Shown one piece after another: positions 40,242-48,386 of a DNA stretch of 64,000 nucleotides; within the stretch, counting starts at the first letter, position 1, and every line of letters begins with the position of its first letter. Origin of the DNA: Flavobacteriaceae bacterium (GTDB lineage Bacteria > Bacteroidota > Bacteroidia > Flavobacteriales > Flavobacteriaceae); NCBI GenBank assembly GCA_947456955.1, contig CANGTQ010000005.1, positions 8,880-72,879 on the forward strand. Direction: 5' to 3'. Position numbers and translations under genes: made by a program. The notes beneath the pieces were generated by a model. It saw only the letters and a list, made by a program, of their open reading frames with translations. It was not told where the DNA came from and searched no databases.

Positions 40242-40798
40242 TGAATAAGATATTTTACATAGTAATACTCTCATTCCTATTTGGAAATCAATCGGCTTTA
40301 TCTCAGGAAATTGGTAAAGCTTTAAAAACAAAAGACACCTTAAAACAAAAAGAAATTGATCCACTCCGACCAACAAAAGCGGCTTTTTATTCTGCTTTAT
40401 TACCAGGATTAGGTCAGGCCTACAATAAAAAATATTGGAAAATCCCCATTGTTTATGGTGCAATTGGAACAAGTTTGTATTTTTATATTGATAACAGTAA
40501 AAAATACCATAGCTATCGAGATGCCTACAAACGCAGATTATTAGGATTTGACGATGATCAATATCAATATCTTGATGATTCTAGATTAATACAAGCACAA
40601 CGATTCTATCAAAGAAACAGAGATTTATCACTTTTAGTTACTATTGGTTTTTATGTGTTAAATATAGTTGATGCTAATGTTGACGCACACTTAATACAAT
40701 TCAACGTGAGTGACAAACTATCATTTCAACCTGATGTGTATATGAATGATATTGATTACAAACCAAATTTAGGACTAACTTTTAACTACAAATTCTAG
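40241..40798 (+). CDS. DUF5683-like membrane protein
   Basis: GTG start overlapping parB stop by 1 nt. SALLPGLGQAYNKKYWKIP motif. Conserved position after parAB in Bacteroidota. Confidence 0.7.
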   Translation: MNKIFYIVILSFLFGNQSALSQEIGKALKTKDTLKQKEIDPLRPTKAAFYSALLPGLGQAYNKKYWKIPIVYGAIGTSLYFYIDNSKKYHSYRDAYKRRLLGFDDDQYQYLDDSRLIQAQRFYQRNRDLSLLVTIGFYVLNIVDANVDAHLIQFNVSDKLSFQPDVYMNDIDYKPNLGLTFNYKF

Positions 40799-41509
40799 AT
40801 GAAAATAGCCTTATTAGGATATGGTAAAATGGGCAAAGTAATCGAAGGGATTGCTTTAGAAAGAGGTCATAAAATTGTATTAAAAAAAGACGAATTTAAC
40901 ACTTTTGATGGCTTAGCTTCTGCAGATGTTGCTATTGATTTTAGTGCGCCAAAAGTTGCGATTGAAAATATTTCTGCTGCTATCAATCATGGAATTCCGG
41001 TAGTTTCGGGAACAACAGGTTGGTTAGAAGATTATCATTTAATGGAGAAGCTTTGTCTTGAAAAAAATGCAGCATTTTTGTATGGCTCTAACTTTAGTTT
41101 AGGAGTCAATATTTTTTTTGAACTTAATGATTATCTAGCAAAGATGATGGCTAAGTTTAAAGATTACAAAGTTTCAATGGAAGAAATCCATCACACCCAA
41201 AAATTGGACAAACCAAGCGGAACTGCCATTTCATTGGCAAATGCTATCATCAATCATACAGATAAAAACAATTGGGCAATCGAAAACCCAAAAGAAGATG
41301 ATGTTTTTATCGATGTAAAAAGAATTGATGATGTACCTGGAACACATAGTGTTTATTACAATTCAGATGTTGACTTTATTGAAATTAAGCATGTAGCCCA
41401 TAACCGCGAAGGCTTTGCTCTTGGTGCAATCATTGCTGCCGAATGGATCATTGGTAAAAAAGGAGTTTTCTCTATGAAAGATGTTTTAGGATTAGATAAT
41501 AGAATATAG
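40799..41509 (+). CDS. dapB: 4-hydroxy-tetrahydrodipicolinate reductase
   Basis: 236 aa. MKIALLGYGKMG, EEIHHTQKLDKPSGTA. Confidence 0.92.
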   Translation: MKIALLGYGKMGKVIEGIALERGHKIVLKKDEFNTFDGLASADVAIDFSAPKVAIENISAAINHGIPVVSGTTGWLEDYHLMEKLCLEKNAAFLYGSNFSLGVNIFFELNDYLAKMMAKFKDYKVSMEEIHHTQKLDKPSGTAISLANAIINHTDKNNWAIENPKEDDVFIDVKRIDDVPGTHSVYYNSDVDFIEIKHVAHNREGFALGAIIAAEWIIGKKGVFSMKDVLGLDNRI

Positions 41510-41544
41510 ATAATAGAATATAGACTTGAATGAGTTCTAATAAA

Positions 41545-41720
41545 CGTCATAATTACAAGAATTTAAAGTTTTCGTAATTGGGAATCGAAATTGCAAATGA
41601 TATATCTGATATTTTAATTGATTTTGCTAAAACATGAAAGATATGACTAAAGTTCCCAAATCAGCAGATGCTCTGTTTCAATGCCAAGTAATATAGCTGA
41701 AGGCTTATCAAGTATCAATT
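41545..41720 (+). pseudogene. Decayed four-helix-bundle (23S IVS protein family) gene
   Basis: Three frames together read KRHNYKNLKVF / LGIEIANDISDILIDFAKT / ERYD*SSQISRCSVSMPSNIAEGLSSIN*. Compare the intact copy: KRHNFKKLKVWQMGMDLAKIIFDLTDTFPISEKYGLKSQMDRCSISIPSNIAEGLSR. Frameshifts, an in-frame stop and a truncation are present. Confidence 0.8.
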
Positions 41721-41772
41721 AAAACTCAGGTATCCAAAAAAAGCAGGCTATTATTTTAAACTTATTACTTAA

Positions 41773-42315
41773 ATGAAAAAAGAATTTATAACGATTTTTT
41801 GTATTTTAAGCTTATCATTATTGCTTTTAAGCTTTAAAACAAAACAGAAAAACGAAAGAACCAAAATAAATATTGATTTGTCATTGGTTTTGCCTGCTCA
41901 TGTAGAAGAGCAAGAAAAATTATTTTCTATGCTTAAAAAAACCAATCCAAATTTTATTTTTTTTAGGTCTTTTTTAACTTCAAAAAGCAGAAAGGCTTTT
42001 TTTGGTGTATCAAGGTATGAAAATTCAGAACCAGAAAAATTAGATGATGTTTTTTATCAACAAACTGTAAATCATAAGGATAACAGACTTGGGAACAACT
42101 ATAAATTAATTTCTTATAGAAAATACAAAAGTGGCAATAAATATCTTTATGAAAAAGTTAGTAGCCCTAATAAGGGGCAATGTTGTGTCATGTATTACTT
42201 TATGAAAAATAATTTCAGTAATGTTATGTATGAAATAAAACTATCAGGAGAAATAAATCAAATGGAGGAAATGAGAAACATTGCTAAAAAAATTGCATTA
42301 ACTGTAAGATTGTAA
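41773..42315 (+). CDS. Hypothetical secreted/membrane-anchored protein
   Basis: 180 aa. N-terminal hydrophobic segment FITIFCILSLSLLLLSF. No recognisable domain. Confidence 0.5.
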   Translation: MKKEFITIFCILSLSLLLLSFKTKQKNERTKINIDLSLVLPAHVEEQEKLFSMLKKTNPNFIFFRSFLTSKSRKAFFGVSRYENSEPEKLDDVFYQQTVNHKDNRLGNNYKLISYRKYKSGNKYLYEKVSSPNKGQCCVMYYFMKNNFSNVMYEIKLSGEINQMEEMRNIAKKIALTVRL

Positions 42316-42430
42316 GACACTTTCCAAAAAAGTGTATAAGTTATAAATAAAGGGGTTTGACATTTTCTTTAAGTCTTGAAACCAAAGTGAACTCTTCCTG
42401 AGCGAGCAGCTATTTCAATTTATCCCAACA

Positions 42431-42610
42431 TTATTCACAAAACCAAATTTTTTCCCTGTCCACTTGTTATATAGTTCCATCTGCGTCGTTCATCATACAC
42501 TCTTTGTTGTTTTTACAATCTGAAAGTCCAAGATTATGTCCTATTTCAAGCACTAAAATAATCTTAGTTTTAAAATGGTAAACAAAGCTTTTATTAGGGT
42601 TGATAAACAT
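42431..42610 (-). pseudogene. Possible remnant of an archaemetzincin-like zinc metalloprotease C-terminus
   Basis: Own translation: MFINPNKSFVYHFKTKIILVLEIGHNLGLSDCKNNKECMMNDADGTI*QVDREKIWFCE*. It resembles the HExGHxxGLxHC...CvM...D....C end of archaemetzincins. The first His is replaced, there is an in-frame stop and no N-terminal domain. Confidence 0.35.
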
Positions 42611-42714
42611 AATTATTGTGTAAAATTCAAAATCAATTTTACAATTTTATATAGTTATCATTAAAATATTGTCAAAAATTTTGCAACTTCAAATTTTATT
42701 TATATCTCTGCAAA

Positions 42715-42831
42715 GTATTTCGAACCCATTAAGGGTACCAACCGAGTGAAGACACCACGGTGGTAAAACAATACGGACCCTCAGGTCAAAATAAACGTAA
42801 GTTTCTCGATGGCTTTTATTGATCGAAATAC
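42715..42831 (+). ncRNA. Candidate structured RNA / 5' leader of the downstream orphan operon (unclassified)
   Basis: A perfect 9-bp closing stem gtatttcga (42715-23) / tcgaaatac (42823-31) encloses several elements. These are hairpin ACCC-attaa-GGGT (42724-36), helix cca..cgag (42738-46) / ctcg.tgg (42805-12), and hairpin GACC-ctca-GGTC (42776-87). The segment is locally GC-enriched within a very AT-rich spacer. It has no ORF with a start codon and ends 30 nt before ATG 42862. Confidence 0.35.
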
Positions 42832-42861
42832 AAACTAAATTATTAATTAAAATTTGTTTGT

Positions 42862-43260
42862 ATGAAAGAATTATGTCACTTTAGATTAAAAGATAAGACA
42901 ACATTATCCTTTGAAACCATCCCTGTTGAAGTAAAACAAAATTATGTAAAAACCAAACCTTTACAGAATTATAGTTCAACCTATTTTTTTCTTTCTATTG
43001 CTCATAATCAATTAAACACTTTTATTGATTTAACTGGTTTTGAACCTTGTGTTATTCTGTATTTTGATGACAATCTATTTTTTGAAGGTGCCTCCTATTA
43101 TAGTGTTTCTTCTACTAGTTTTTATTGTATTCAAACACAATCCAAAAATATAATCTTGGCAAAACTACCACAAGATCTTCCTTTAAATTCATTATTGAAT
43201 ATTAGTACTTTAAAAGAAACTTTAAATTTTATTTCTTATGAAAACTTCCTTTCAAGATAA
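42862..43260 (+). CDS. Hypothetical protein (orphan, 132 aa)
   Basis: First ORF after the structured RNA. Overlaps the next ORF by 23 nt. No recognisable motif. Confidence 0.55.
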   Translation: MKELCHFRLKDKTTLSFETIPVEVKQNYVKTKPLQNYSSTYFFLSIAHNQLNTFIDLTGFEPCVILYFDDNLFFEGASYYSVSSTSFYCIQTQSKNIILAKLPQDLPLNSLLNISTLKETLNFISYENFLSR

Positions 43261-44095
43261 AATTAATCAATGTCAATTGGCTACTAAAGCACAAATCCAA
43301 TATTTGAAAAATTACAAAAGTAAGATTGAAGAAAGTTTAGTTTTTGATTCTTTTTTTTCAGAAAGTAAATATAAAGGTCAAGACAGCTTTTTTGAATTAT
43401 GGAATTGTTATGGATTATCTGATGATAATATGAGTTGGCTTAATTTTGGATTTCAAAGTAATGTAACATTATTTCATTCAAAGTATCATTTGATGGAAAA
43501 ATGGTTTGAAATATTATTTAGTAAAAAAATAGCTTTTAAGCCCTTTTTTGATATTGAAATTGAACATCATAACCGAATAAGAGAAAATGCAAATAAAAAA
43601 GGTATTAAAAACTTAGTATTGATTGTAGATTTTGATAAAATAGCTAAAATAATAGACGATCATTTTATTAGTGTTAGTAATTCAAAATTAAATATTAATA
43701 CAGTAAATGGCGCTACAATTACACCTCCAGCTCAAATAGACGAGGCATTAGTAGTTGTACTTTTGAATGTTTCGTATACGGATATTAGTACTATATCTGA
43801 ACTTAAAAACTGGATTTATTTAATTACAAATACTGAAAATCAAACTTTAACAGAACGCTTGTCCTATTTAAATATCTTGGCTAATTCACTAAATGAAGCC
43901 ATGAAAACTTCTGATCATGCTTTATCAAAAGCCTATTTATATGGACTGTATTCACAACTATTAAAATGGATTCATGAAACGTTAGACTTGGTAGAATGGA
44001 CTTGTGATGCTGACTATGAAAAACTACCAATACTCCTATTAAAAGAATTTAAAACGTGTAAATGTTTGCACATGTGGAAAAGTAAAAACAATTAA
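43238..44095 (+). CDS. Hypothetical protein (orphan, 285 aa, predicted mostly helical)
   Basis: Overlapping start with the upstream ORF suggests translational coupling. No recognisable motif. Confidence 0.6.
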   Translation: MKTSFQDKINQCQLATKAQIQYLKNYKSKIEESLVFDSFFSESKYKGQDSFFELWNCYGLSDDNMSWLNFGFQSNVTLFHSKYHLMEKWFEILFSKKIAFKPFFDIEIEHHNRIRENANKKGIKNLVLIVDFDKIAKIIDDHFISVSNSKLNINTVNGATITPPAQIDEALVVVLLNVSYTDISTISELKNWIYLITNTENQTLTERLSYLNILANSLNEAMKTSDHALSKAYLYGLYSQLLKWIHETLDLVEWTCDADYEKLPILLLKEFKTCKCLHMWKSKNN

Positions 44096-44121
44096 TTCAA
44101 AACAAATTACAATATAATAAG

Positions 44122-44556
44122 ATGAAAAATATAGAACAATCAAATTGGTGGGAACACAACCATTTTATCAATGGTTATGGTAAATTCCCTTATGTAATAT
44201 TAAAAGTTGGGTATGCATTATTTATGCAAATTCCGATACACTTCAATAAGAATAATGATATAATCAATTACCCAGGTAGCCATATCAATGGTGTTTCTGA
44301 AACAGATTTAAAAGCCTATGAGTATAACAAATTAAGTTCACTGCACGAAAAAATCATCGAGCATTGCAAATGGATGAAAAATAAAATTGAAGCTGACCGA
44401 GGCGGAACTGTAAAAATGTGCTTGGTAGAAGGACCAGATGTTTCGTATTATTTTGAAGGAGATACAATAGACTTTAGCACGAATATACCTGGTGGAGGCA
44501 CTTTACTCACTCAAGATCATAAAGTAATTGGAATGAATGTCAAACATTATTTATAA
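44122..44556 (+). CDS. Hypothetical protein (orphan, 144 aa)
   Basis: 26 nt after the previous ORF. No recognisable motif. Confidence 0.55.
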   Translation: MKNIEQSNWWEHNHFINGYGKFPYVILKVGYALFMQIPIHFNKNNDIINYPGSHINGVSETDLKAYEYNKLSSLHEKIIEHCKWMKNKIEADRGGTVKMCLVEGPDVSYYFEGDTIDFSTNIPGGGTLLTQDHKVIGMNVKHYL

Positions 44557-44670
44557 CTAAAACTAAAAACAAACGCTTATGTAAAAACAAAGAATTTAAG
44601 GTTAAACAAAAAAGTCAAAGAAGAAATAATCCCATTCCCATTTTTAATTTTAATTTTAAAACCAAATAAC

Positions 44671-45384
44671 ATGATTGTAATTAAATCAGAAGCCTTTATT
44701 ACTGATAAGGGTAAAAGTGAAATTAATGAAGATACCCTGAAGTGTCAGTCGGGTAAATTTTATGTCGTGTGCGATGGTGTAGGTGGAAATGGGAATGGAT
44801 TATTAGCCTCTCAATTGCTTGTTGAATCTGTAGCAAATTCTTTGTCTCATTCTGAGGATTTAGTCATAGCTATTGCTTTAAAAGAAGCTGAAAAAGCTTT
44901 AGAGGATTATAAAAGGAAAAATAAAAATACGTATCTAATGGCCAGTACCCTTGCCTTAACCAAAATTACTGATTCTTCAATACTCATTGGATGGGTTGGT
45001 GACAGCAGGGTGTATCAATTTAGAAATGGTAAAATTATATACAAAACCACAGACCACTCCTGGATTAGTGATGCTATAAAAGGAGGAAGTATTACAGCGT
45101 TAGAAGGACTTTTTCACCCGGAACGCAATAGATTAACAAGAAGTGTAAAAGGGAATTCGCAACCCACTGTAATGGATGAACATATACTAACTAATTTAGA
45201 AGACAATGACTATATTCTAATTTGTTCGGATGGTATTATGGAATCATGGATTGATGAAGATTTAGAAAACTTGTTTTCTGAAGTAAAACCTGCCTCCTAT
45301 TTCGTTCAAAAGCTTCATGAAAATTGCCAACTTTTTTCTAATGACAATTATACTGCTATAGTCTATCAAATAAGTAAATTATAA
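44671..45384 (+). CDS. PP2C-family serine/threonine protein phosphatase
   Basis: NEDT, VVCDGVGGNGNG, WVGDSRVY, DHSW, LICSDGI, a PPM metal-binding motif series. No cognate kinase in the window. Confidence 0.85.
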   Translation: MIVIKSEAFITDKGKSEINEDTLKCQSGKFYVVCDGVGGNGNGLLASQLLVESVANSLSHSEDLVIAIALKEAEKALEDYKRKNKNTYLMASTLALTKITDSSILIGWVGDSRVYQFRNGKIIYKTTDHSWISDAIKGGSITALEGLFHPERNRLTRSVKGNSQPTVMDEHILTNLEDNDYILICSDGIMESWIDEDLENLFSEVKPASYFVQKLHENCQLFSNDNYTAIVYQISKL

Positions 45385-45405
45385 AATTATAAAATTATTA
45401 AACAT

Positions 45406-45813
45406 ATGATCTCAAAAGAATTATTACTGGGTTACGAAGCTACATGTTATAGTATTCTAAATCCTAAAATCGATATTTATCTCGGTAAAGAAAATGAAGC
45501 ATTACAGTCTTTTTTAAAAGAACATGATTTCAAATCTTGGTGCTTCATAACGGCTTGGAATCCTTTTTCAAAAGCACTATCCGTTGAAGAAAACATAGCG
45601 TTGAATTCACTTCTTGAACAAGACTTAACCCATTATGCTGTATTTGCTGCAGAAGGTAAAGACACCATAGGAAATTGGCCTCCTGAAATCAGTTTTTTTG
45701 TTGGTAATATTTCGAGAGAAGACACCATCTATTTGGGAAAGAAATACCAACAAAATGCAATCGTTTTTGGCGAAATCAATGAATCGGCAGAGCTAATTTT
45801 ATTAGTTGATTAA
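45406..45813 (+). CDS. DUF3293-like protein
   Basis: 135 aa. WCFITAWNPFSKALSVEENIALNSLLEQDL...WPPEISFFVGNIS...QNAIVFG pattern recalled from the DUF3293 family. Assignment from memory of the family signature. Confidence 0.5.
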   Translation: MISKELLLGYEATCYSILNPKIDIYLGKENEALQSFLKEHDFKSWCFITAWNPFSKALSVEENIALNSLLEQDLTHYAVFAAEGKDTIGNWPPEISFFVGNISREDTIYLGKKYQQNAIVFGEINESAELILLVD

Positions 45814-45905
45814 ATAAAATTCATAATCACTTATCATCAATGTGTAGAAGCAAAAATAATTTAAAGAGTATAAAAGTATTGTTGTTTAAATAATCAAATA
45901 TAAAT

Positions 45906-46652
45906 ATGAAATTTAAAAAGAGTATTTTCTTTATAGTAACTGTATTAATATTGAGTTGTAGTATCTATTTCTTTAAAGAAAAGTGGTATCCACTTCTAAA
46001 GCGATATTATAGTAAGTACAATAAAATAACCAATCGTGAAGATATTATTTACGACACTAAAACAGCAGTCTGGGGGATTGATTTATCTCATCATCAAGGT
46101 GATGTCAACTGGGATAAACTGGTAACAAGTAAGCCCCATTTTGTTTTTTGTAAAGTAACTGAAGGAAAATCACATAAAGACACCAAATATAATTATCACC
46201 GCACCCAGGCAAGAAAAAACAACATCAAAATGGGTGCCTATCATTTCTTTAGTTACAATAGTTCTGGTAAGTCGCAAGCAAACTATTTTATAAAGCATGC
46301 CAAATTACAAAAGGGAGATTTACCCTATGTATTGGATGCAGAGTATATGCCTAAAATGCCAAATAGGAAAGCGGTTACCAGGGAACTACTCTCTTTTTTA
46401 CAAACCGTTGAAAAGCAAACAAATGTTAGACCCATACTATACTGTGATAAGAATTTTTATGCTAAATATATAAAAGGATACACTAAAAAAGAATATACAC
46501 TATGGTTATGTGATTATAACAGAAAACCCAATATACCCCATTCATTCTGGCAAAAAACTGATAAATTTAAAGTAGAAGGAATATACGGAAATGTTGATTT
46601 TAATGTTTTTAACGGAAACAAAGAGCAATTACAACAATTAACAATAGACTAA
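45906..46652 (+). CDS. GH25 muramidase (lysozyme) with N-terminal membrane anchor
   Basis: N-terminal TM SIFFIVTVLILSCSIYFF. GH25 motifs WGIDLSHHQGDVNWDKL, CKVTEG, GAYHFF, LDAEY. Confidence 0.85.
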   Translation: MKFKKSIFFIVTVLILSCSIYFFKEKWYPLLKRYYSKYNKITNREDIIYDTKTAVWGIDLSHHQGDVNWDKLVTSKPHFVFCKVTEGKSHKDTKYNYHRTQARKNNIKMGAYHFFSYNSSGKSQANYFIKHAKLQKGDLPYVLDAEYMPKMPNRKAVTRELLSFLQTVEKQTNVRPILYCDKNFYAKYIKGYTKKEYTLWLCDYNRKPNIPHSFWQKTDKFKVEGIYGNVDFNVFNGNKEQLQQLTID

Positions 46653-46654
46653 TT

Positions 46655-47053
46655 TTGGCTCCAATCAAAAAAAAATATCAAAGAAAGGTTACTGACATTG
46701 CTACATTGCATTATATCAACTTAGATGGGATGAAAATTACTCTTTTTTCTCCCTATGAAGTAATGGTAAATGAGCTACTTTCTATTGGGGTTAATCCGAT
46801 GGGGAAAACTATTAAAGAATTGCAAATAGAAGTGAGCGAAATTATTCTTAAACACTATATGGATTGCCATTATGGAAAACGTTATATAGCTGGTAATTCA
46901 GAAAACAATAGGATAGATAGATACAATCAAAAAAGGGTAATTATACATCATTTAAAAGAACTTTCTTATTGGCTATATGATTACGATTCTAAAAAAATGC
47001 CTAAAAACATAAAGTTCGATTTTGAATTACATAGAAAACATAATACAACCTAA
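46655..47053 (+). CDS. Hypothetical protein (orphan, 132 aa; TTG start, alternative ATG 105 nt downstream)
   Basis: Starts 2 nt after the GH25 stop. No recognisable motif. Confidence 0.45.
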   Translation: MAPIKKKYQRKVTDIATLHYINLDGMKITLFSPYEVMVNELLSIGVNPMGKTIKELQIEVSEIILKHYMDCHYGKRYIAGNSENNRIDRYNQKRVIIHHLKELSYWLYDYDSKKMPKNIKFDFELHRKHNTT

Positions 47054-47267
47054 TTATGAACATTACTGATTGGATTGCCCATGCCGATTTACTTTACAAT
47101 CAATTATTTCTGATTGTAATGGGTGGTCTATATGTATTGGCTTACCTCACTGGTTACACATAAAAACGATGGGATCTTAAATTTAATAATTAAGATAAAA
47201 TGATTGACTTATTACATTTAAATTTTTCAAATCAAAAAGAAACGAATTAGAAGAGTAGTTTTTAGTA

Positions 47268-47636
47268 CTAAATAAATCTATTTCTTTTTGCTTCGTCATA
47301 CCACTGCTTAATTTCTTGTCTTCGTCCATTATTTTCGAAAGTTTCCATTACTACTTTTTTAAGCATGTAATGGAGTTTTCTTTCAATTAGTTCTGGGGCT
47401 TCGGCAATTGGAATGAAAAAAATTTGTTCTTTTTCGTAGGCATCAAAATTGAGTTTGAGTTTTACAGCGCGGGTGTATCTTTCTATTACTTGAATAGTTA
47501 TATCCATGTATAGAATTGTTCCTTCTTGTACGCAATAATATTCTCCATCATCTCCTGGTATTGGTAGTTGAATTTTTACCTGAGGATAAATAAGGTTTTC
47601 GAGTATGAAGTCAATGTATTTTTGTCTTATTGCCAT
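47268..47636 (-). CDS. Hypothetical protein (orphan, 122 aa), last gene of nuclease-helicase/SIR2 triad
   Basis: Starts 10 nt after the SIR2 stop. No recognisable motif. Confidence 0.55.
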   Translation of the reverse strand: MAIRQKYIDFILENLIYPQVKIQLPIPGDDGEYYCVQEGTILYMDITIQVIERYTRAVKLKLNFDAYEKEQIFFIPIAEAPELIERKLHYMLKKVVMETFENNGRRQEIKQWYDEAKRNRFI

Positions 47637-47646
47637 TTTTGTAATT

Positions 47647-48351
47647 TTATAGTTTACTTAGTACTTCATACAATTGCCGCATGCCATTCGTAGCTTTTTC
47701 AGAGAGGTAGTAAATAGAACGTTCGTCGTCAATATCCATTTCGTGTGCTAGTGGGTCGATTACTACCATTTGGCTAGCAAAAGGCACATAGTGCGGCAAG
47801 GCATTTGCAGGACTTACCATTAAAGACGTTCCAACTACTACAAACACAGAACAGGTAACGGCTTCTTTTATAGCGGCATCATGAATGGATTGGTCTAATC
47901 CTTCACCAAAAAATACAATATGCGGTCGGAGTTGAGAATTTTGGTCACAAAGGTCGCCTATAAGTACATCTCCTTCCCTATCGTATAGTAATTTAGGATC
48001 AGCTGTTGAACGCGATTTCATGAGTTCGCCGTGCAAATGAATAACTTTGGTTGAACCTGCACGCTCGTGGAGGTTGTCTACGTTTTGGGTTACTATAACT
48101 ACTTCATAGTTTTCTTCTAATTTAGCTATGAGTTCGTGCGCTAAATTAGGCTGTGCTTCGTGGCATTGTTTTCGGCGTTGGTTGTAAAATTCAAGTACAA
48201 GCCCCGGATTGTTGTTCCATGCTTCTGGGGTGCAAACGTCTTCTATTTTGTAATTATCCCAAAGACCGTCTTCAGAGTCTCTGAAAGTTTGCAAGCCACT
48301 CTCGGCTGATATACCGGCTCCTGTGAGGAAAAGTAATTTTGGTTTTTTCAT
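47647..48351 (-). CDS. SIR2-family NAD-dependent protein deacylase-like protein
   Basis: FLTGAGISAESG, FRD..GLW, TQNVDNLHERAG, HLHGE (catalytic His), VVGTSLMV. Short Bacteroidota-type sirtuin without zinc-ribbon cysteines. Confidence 0.88.
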   Translation of the reverse strand: MKKPKLLFLTGAGISAESGLQTFRDSEDGLWDNYKIEDVCTPEAWNNNPGLVLEFYNQRRKQCHEAQPNLAHELIAKLEENYEVVIVTQNVDNLHERAGSTKVIHLHGELMKSRSTADPKLLYDREGDVLIGDLCDQNSQLRPHIVFFGEGLDQSIHDAAIKEAVTCSVFVVVGTSLMVSPANALPHYVPFASQMVVIDPLAHEMDIDDERSIYYLSEKATNGMRQLYEVLSKL

Positions 48352-48386
48352 GGGTAGAATTCTTTATTAAAAGAGATCAAAATCTA

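Noticed and set aside
42731-42790. Guanidine-I (ykkC) riboswitch, based on ordered resemblance of GGGUACC / CCGAG / ACACCACGGUGGUAAAA / GGACCC to conserved ykkC blocks
   Set aside because: The characteristic P3 hairpin (CGGGA-UAAAAG-CCCG) and the GGUCCGAGAG block are not reproduced. The downstream genes are also not guanidine transporters or carboxylases. The resemblance is probably superficial, and cmscan would settle it.
42715-42831. Retron msr-msd interpretation of the structured RNA (terminal inverted repeats resembling a1/a2)
   Set aside because: No reverse transcriptase is present anywhere in the window, with no YxDD-type motif in neighbouring ORFs. The element is only about 117 nt and lacks a long msd-type hairpin.
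42715-42831. tRNA fragment or att site, because the minus strand reads GGGTTCGAAAT (T-loop-like)
   Set aside because: No complementary T-stem, acceptor stem or anticodon arm can be drawn. The similarity is limited to about 9 nt.
45906-47163. Prophage remnant, based on GH25 lysozyme plus a small membrane peptide
   Set aside because: No capsid, terminase, portal, tail, integrase or repressor genes are present anywhere in the block. A GH25 gene alone is insufficient evidence.
47647-48351. Asserting the SIR2 is a dedicated NADase defence effector
   Set aside because: It retains all canonical sirtuin deacylase motifs and the size of ordinary Bacteroidota CobB-like proteins. It is kept only as a hypothesis within the triad finding.
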